A stretch of DNA of 64,000 nucleotides from an uncultured Candidatus Saccharibacteria bacterium (GTDB lineage Bacteria > Patescibacteriota > Minisyncoccia > Phycocordibacterales > UBA5272). The stretch covers positions 12,752-76,751 of the forward strand of contig CAYGDA010000002.1 in assembly GCA_964348515.1 (NCBI GenBank). Direction: 5' to 3'. How positions within the stretch are numbered: the first letter of the stretch is position 1; every line of letters begins with the position of its first letter. A program made the translations under genes and the position numbers. Below, piece by piece: positions 60,719 to 64,000 of this stretch. The notes under the pieces are model-generated. The model did no database searches, was not told where the DNA came from, and saw only the letters and a list, made by a program, of their open reading frames with translations.

Positions 60719-61645
60719 ATGCTCCAGACAACATTCAAAAGAATAGTGAAAGCAGGAGGAACAGGATTTTACAGGAACCGTGTAGTTTCTCTGGCGTCCC
60801 TTTTCGTGATGACCATAACTCTTTTCATAATAGGTTTTCTGGTTTTTTCTCAGGCGGTGCTCACTTATACGCTCCGTCAGATTGAGAGCAAGGTTGATGT
60901 GAATGTTTATTTTACCGCCAACGCCCCGGAGGAGAGCATAAAATCAATACAGGAGGCGCTCCAGAAAATGCCGGAAGTGGAAACCGTCACGTACGTGACC
61001 CGCGAACAGGCGCTGTTTAACTTCAAAGAAAGACACGTAAACGAATATATTATTCTGGAAGCGCTTCAGGAGCTTGGAGACAATCCTCTGGGGGCTTACA
61101 TTTCCGTAAAGGCCAAGCAATCATCACAGTACGAAACCATTGCGCGTTTTCTGCAGGGCGACAGCCAGCTTGTTAAGGATAACGAGGAATACATAGACAA
61201 CATAAATTATTTCCAGAATAAAGAAAGCATTGACCGTTTGTCGGCGATTGTAAACGGGGTAAACCGCTTAGGCTATGCCCTGGCTGTGATATTCGTGCTT
61301 ATCTCAAGCATGATTACTTTCAACACCATCCGTTTGTCTATTTATATTTTCCGTGAAGAAATCGCCGTCATGCGCCTTGTGGGCGCGGACAATCTTTACA
61401 TACGCGGACCGTTTATAGTCGAGGGAATCTTATACGGCTTGGTATCCACGTTGATTACATTGTTTCTTTTTTGGCCGGCCACGGTGTGGGTGAGCAACGT
61501 CACCGCGGACTTTTTGGGGGGTTTTAGTTTGGCCGGCTATTATTTCTCCAACTTTTTCTACATTTTCTTTATCGTGCTGGGCACGGGAGTTGCCTTGGGC
61601 GCGGTCTCGTCGTTTTTGGCGGTCAGGAAGTATTTAGTAAATTAG
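60719..61645 (+). CDS. ftsX: Cell-division permease-like protein FtsX
   Basis: Four TM helices with a large first periplasmic loop. Immediately follows ftsE. Confidence 0.85.
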   Translation: MLQTTFKRIVKAGGTGFYRNRVVSLASLFVMTITLFIIGFLVFSQAVLTYTLRQIESKVDVNVYFTANAPEESIKSIQEALQKMPEVETVTYVTREQALFNFKERHVNEYIILEALQELGDNPLGAYISVKAKQSSQYETIARFLQGDSQLVKDNEEYIDNINYFQNKESIDRLSAIVNGVNRLGYALAVIFVLISSMITFNTIRLSIYIFREEIAVMRLVGADNLYIRGPFIVEGILYGLVSTLITLFLFWPATVWVSNVTADFLGGFSLAGYYFSNFFYIFFIVLGTGVALGAVSSFLAVRKYLVN

Positions 61646-61668
61646 TCCCGTTAGAGATTTTATGGGTT

Positions 61669-61935
61669 ATGTACTACGTATACATCCTGAAAAGCTCAAA
61701 AGATGGGAAGTGGTATACTGGTAGTACAAAAGACCTTCGGAAGCGCCTGATTGAGCATAACGAGGGCAGGTCCTCATCCACAAAGGGGAGAGGACCTTTT
61801 CAGGTAATTTATTGCGAGATGTCTTTAGATAAAGAAGACGCCCTCGCAAGGGAAAGATATTTGAAAACCGGGATGGGTAAACGATATCTTAAGAACAGAT
61901 TAAAGCGCTTCCTATCTCTAACGGGATTAAAATAA
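61669..61935 (+). CDS. GIY-YIG nuclease family protein (UPF0213-like)
   Basis: YYVYILKSSKDGKWYTGSTKDLRKRLIEHNEG. Confidence 0.8.
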   Translation: MYYVYILKSSKDGKWYTGSTKDLRKRLIEHNEGRSSSTKGRGPFQVIYCEMSLDKEDALARERYLKTGMGKRYLKNRLKRFLSLTGLK

Positions 61936-61938
61936 TTT

Positions 61939-63588
61939 ATGGCAAAACAAGAACCAAAGTTTATCTTTGTGGTAGGGGGAGTTATTTCCGGAGTGGGAAA
62001 GGGAATAGCCGCTTCTTCCATAGGCAGGATTCTCCAATCAAGGGGTTTTTCGGTGACCGCCATAAAAATTGACCCTTACGTAAATGTTGATGCCGGAACA
62101 ATGAACCCGACCGAACATGGCGAAGTGTTTGTTCTGGATGACGGCGATGAGTGCGACCAGGATATGGGGAACTATGAGCGTTTTCTTGACGCTACGCTTA
62201 CACGCACTAATTACATGACGACAGGCCGGGTGTACCAGGCAGTCATACAAAAGGAGCGGAATTTGGAATACGGAGGCAAATGCGTGCAGGTTGTTCCGCA
62301 TATACCACTGGAGATAGTAAAGCGCATTGAGCGCGCCGCCTCGGATGCAAAGGCGGACGTTGCCATAATTGAAATAGGCGGAACCGTCGGCGAATATGAA
62401 AATATTCTTTTCCTTGAGGCGGCGCGCATGATGAAGCTCCGCGGAAAGGGAAACGTGGCTTTTGTTATGGTGAGCTACGTTCCGGTGCCGAGCAAAGTTG
62501 GCGAAATGAAGACTAAGCCGACTCAGCACGCCGTGCGCAACCTAAACGCAACAGGAATACAGCCGGATATAATAATCGCCAGAAGCGAGGCTCCGCTTGA
62601 CCACAAGCGTAAAGAAAAAATAGCGCTTCACTGTAACGTTCCGTCCGAGGCTGTCGTTTCGGCACCGGACGTGGACAGTATTTACGACGTGCCTGTTAAT
62701 TTTGAAAAAGATAAATTAGGCGACCTGATAATAAAAATGCTGGCTCTTCCGAAGCGCAAAGGCCCGGGGCTCTCAGCCTGGGCGCATTTTTCCAAAGATA
62801 TAAAAAATTATGATAACGGCCTAAAAATCGCCATTGTCGGCAAATATTTTGACACCGGGGATTTTGTTCTTTCAGATTCGTATATTTCGGTTATTGAGGC
62901 TGTGAAGTACTCGTCATATAAGCTGAAAAAGAAACCCGCGCTTGCTTGGCTTAATTCTAAAGATTTTGAGAAGGACCCGCGCAAGCTCCGTGAACTTTCC
63001 AAGTATGACGGAATAATAGTACCCGGAGGTTTTGGGGAGAGCGGGATAGAAGGGAAGTTGAAAGTCATTGAATATGCCCGCAAGAATAAAATTCCGTATT
63101 TCGGGCTTTGCTACGGCATGCAGCTTATGACCATTGAATACGCGCGACACGTTCTGGGGCTTAAAGATGCCACCACGGCAGAAATAAATCCGGAATCAAA
63201 AAATCTAATTATAGATATTATGCCGGAGCAGAAAGAGAAGCTCCGCAAGAAAGATTACGGAGGTTCTATGCGGCTGGGCGCTTACCCGGCGATTTTGAAA
63301 AAGGGAACCATAGCCGAGTCTGCTTACGGAGCTACGAAAATTTCAGAGCGCCACCGCCACCGCTACGAAGTGAATCCTGAATACATATCGCAGATTGAAA
63401 ATGCCGGACTTATTTTTTCCGGTAAAAGTCCTGACGGACGCCTTATGGAAATCGCCGAACTTCCGCGCAAAGAGCACCCGTTCTTTTTGGGAACGCAATT
63501 TCATCCGGAGTTTAAGGCGCGTCCGCTTTCTCCGCATCCTCTTTTTACGGAGTTTGTGAAAGCGACGATAAAGAGGCACAAAAAATGA
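61939..63588 (+). CDS. pyrG: CTP synthase
   Basis: N-terminal synthetase domain (IFVVGGVISGVGKGI) and C-terminal GATase with catalytic LGLCYGMQ. 549 aa. Confidence 0.9.
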   Translation: MAKQEPKFIFVVGGVISGVGKGIAASSIGRILQSRGFSVTAIKIDPYVNVDAGTMNPTEHGEVFVLDDGDECDQDMGNYERFLDATLTRTNYMTTGRVYQAVIQKERNLEYGGKCVQVVPHIPLEIVKRIERAASDAKADVAIIEIGGTVGEYENILFLEAARMMKLRGKGNVAFVMVSYVPVPSKVGEMKTKPTQHAVRNLNATGIQPDIIIARSEAPLDHKRKEKIALHCNVPSEAVVSAPDVDSIYDVPVNFEKDKLGDLIIKMLALPKRKGPGLSAWAHFSKDIKNYDNGLKIAIVGKYFDTGDFVLSDSYISVIEAVKYSSYKLKKKPALAWLNSKDFEKDPRKLRELSKYDGIIVPGGFGESGIEGKLKVIEYARKNKIPYFGLCYGMQLMTIEYARHVLGLKDATTAEINPESKNLIIDIMPEQKEKLRKKDYGGSMRLGAYPAILKKGTIAESAYGATKISERHRHRYEVNPEYISQIENAGLIFSGKSPDGRLMEIAELPRKEHPFFLGTQFHPEFKARPLSPHPLFTEFVKATIKRHKK

Positions 63589-63932
63589 ACGGATTGAAAG
63601 AACACGTTTTGCGTTTCCGTGCGGTAAATTTGGACACTTTTTTCGATATTAAGAGGGGAATAAAGACAGTTGAGACCCGTGCGGCAACTCCCCGTTACAG
63701 AAAAATAAAAGTGGGGGATATGCTGGTGTTTGTCTGCGGCAGAGAGAGGTTTAAGAAGAAAGTCACCAAGGTTAAGCTTTTCAAGAGCATAACCGCGCTT
63801 TTCAAATTCTATCCGTGGAAAACAGTCATGACCCGCGGGAAGACCAGGGCGGAAGCGGTGGCTAAGTACCATTCGTTTCCCGGGTATGATGAAAAAATAA
63901 AAGAGTTTGGCCTGGTTGCGTTTGAGTTTTAA
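63585..63932 (+). CDS. ASCH-domain protein
   Basis: PUA-like beta-barrel motifs (KTVETR, GDMLVF). Overlaps the pyrG stop. Confidence 0.6.
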   Translation: MNGLKEHVLRFRAVNLDTFFDIKRGIKTVETRAATPRYRKIKVGDMLVFVCGRERFKKKVTKVKLFKSITALFKFYPWKTVMTRGKTRAEAVAKYHSFPGYDEKIKEFGLVAFEF

Positions 63933-64000
63933 TGGTTGAGAAAAGCCGGTTTTTGTTGTAAGTTGAGGAGTGAAAACGACGAAATACTGAGCCCAGCAGG

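Overview
This 64-kb window reads like a chromosomal segment from a small-genome, CPR/Patescibacteria-like bacterium. Most genes are on the + strand, GC is about 45-48 %, and TGA is used as a stop codon. The backbone is housekeeping: typA, lepA, murJ, valS, secA, nrdDG, ligA, gatCA, prfB, ftsEX and pyrG. It also holds RNase P RNA, nine tRNAs, a complete type IV pilus locus with three tandem major pilins and four minor pilins, and two large LamG-domain surface proteins with internal repeats. Three things stand out against this background.

- **AT-rich cassette (23865-26658):** a tightly coupled three-gene unit encoding a Glu-less ALDH/LuxC/ProA-like reductase, a RibA-like GTP cyclohydrolase II and a Pol-beta nucleotidyltransferase. 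It looks foreign and is the best candidate for an undescribed nucleotide-modifying or defence module.
- **GC-rich foreign gene (16475-16912):** a single gene with its own GC-rich terminator.
- **Scarred tRNA cluster (56.3-57.25 kb):** complete tRNAs are accompanied by precise partial tRNA copies.

No CRISPR array, IS element or integrase was seen.
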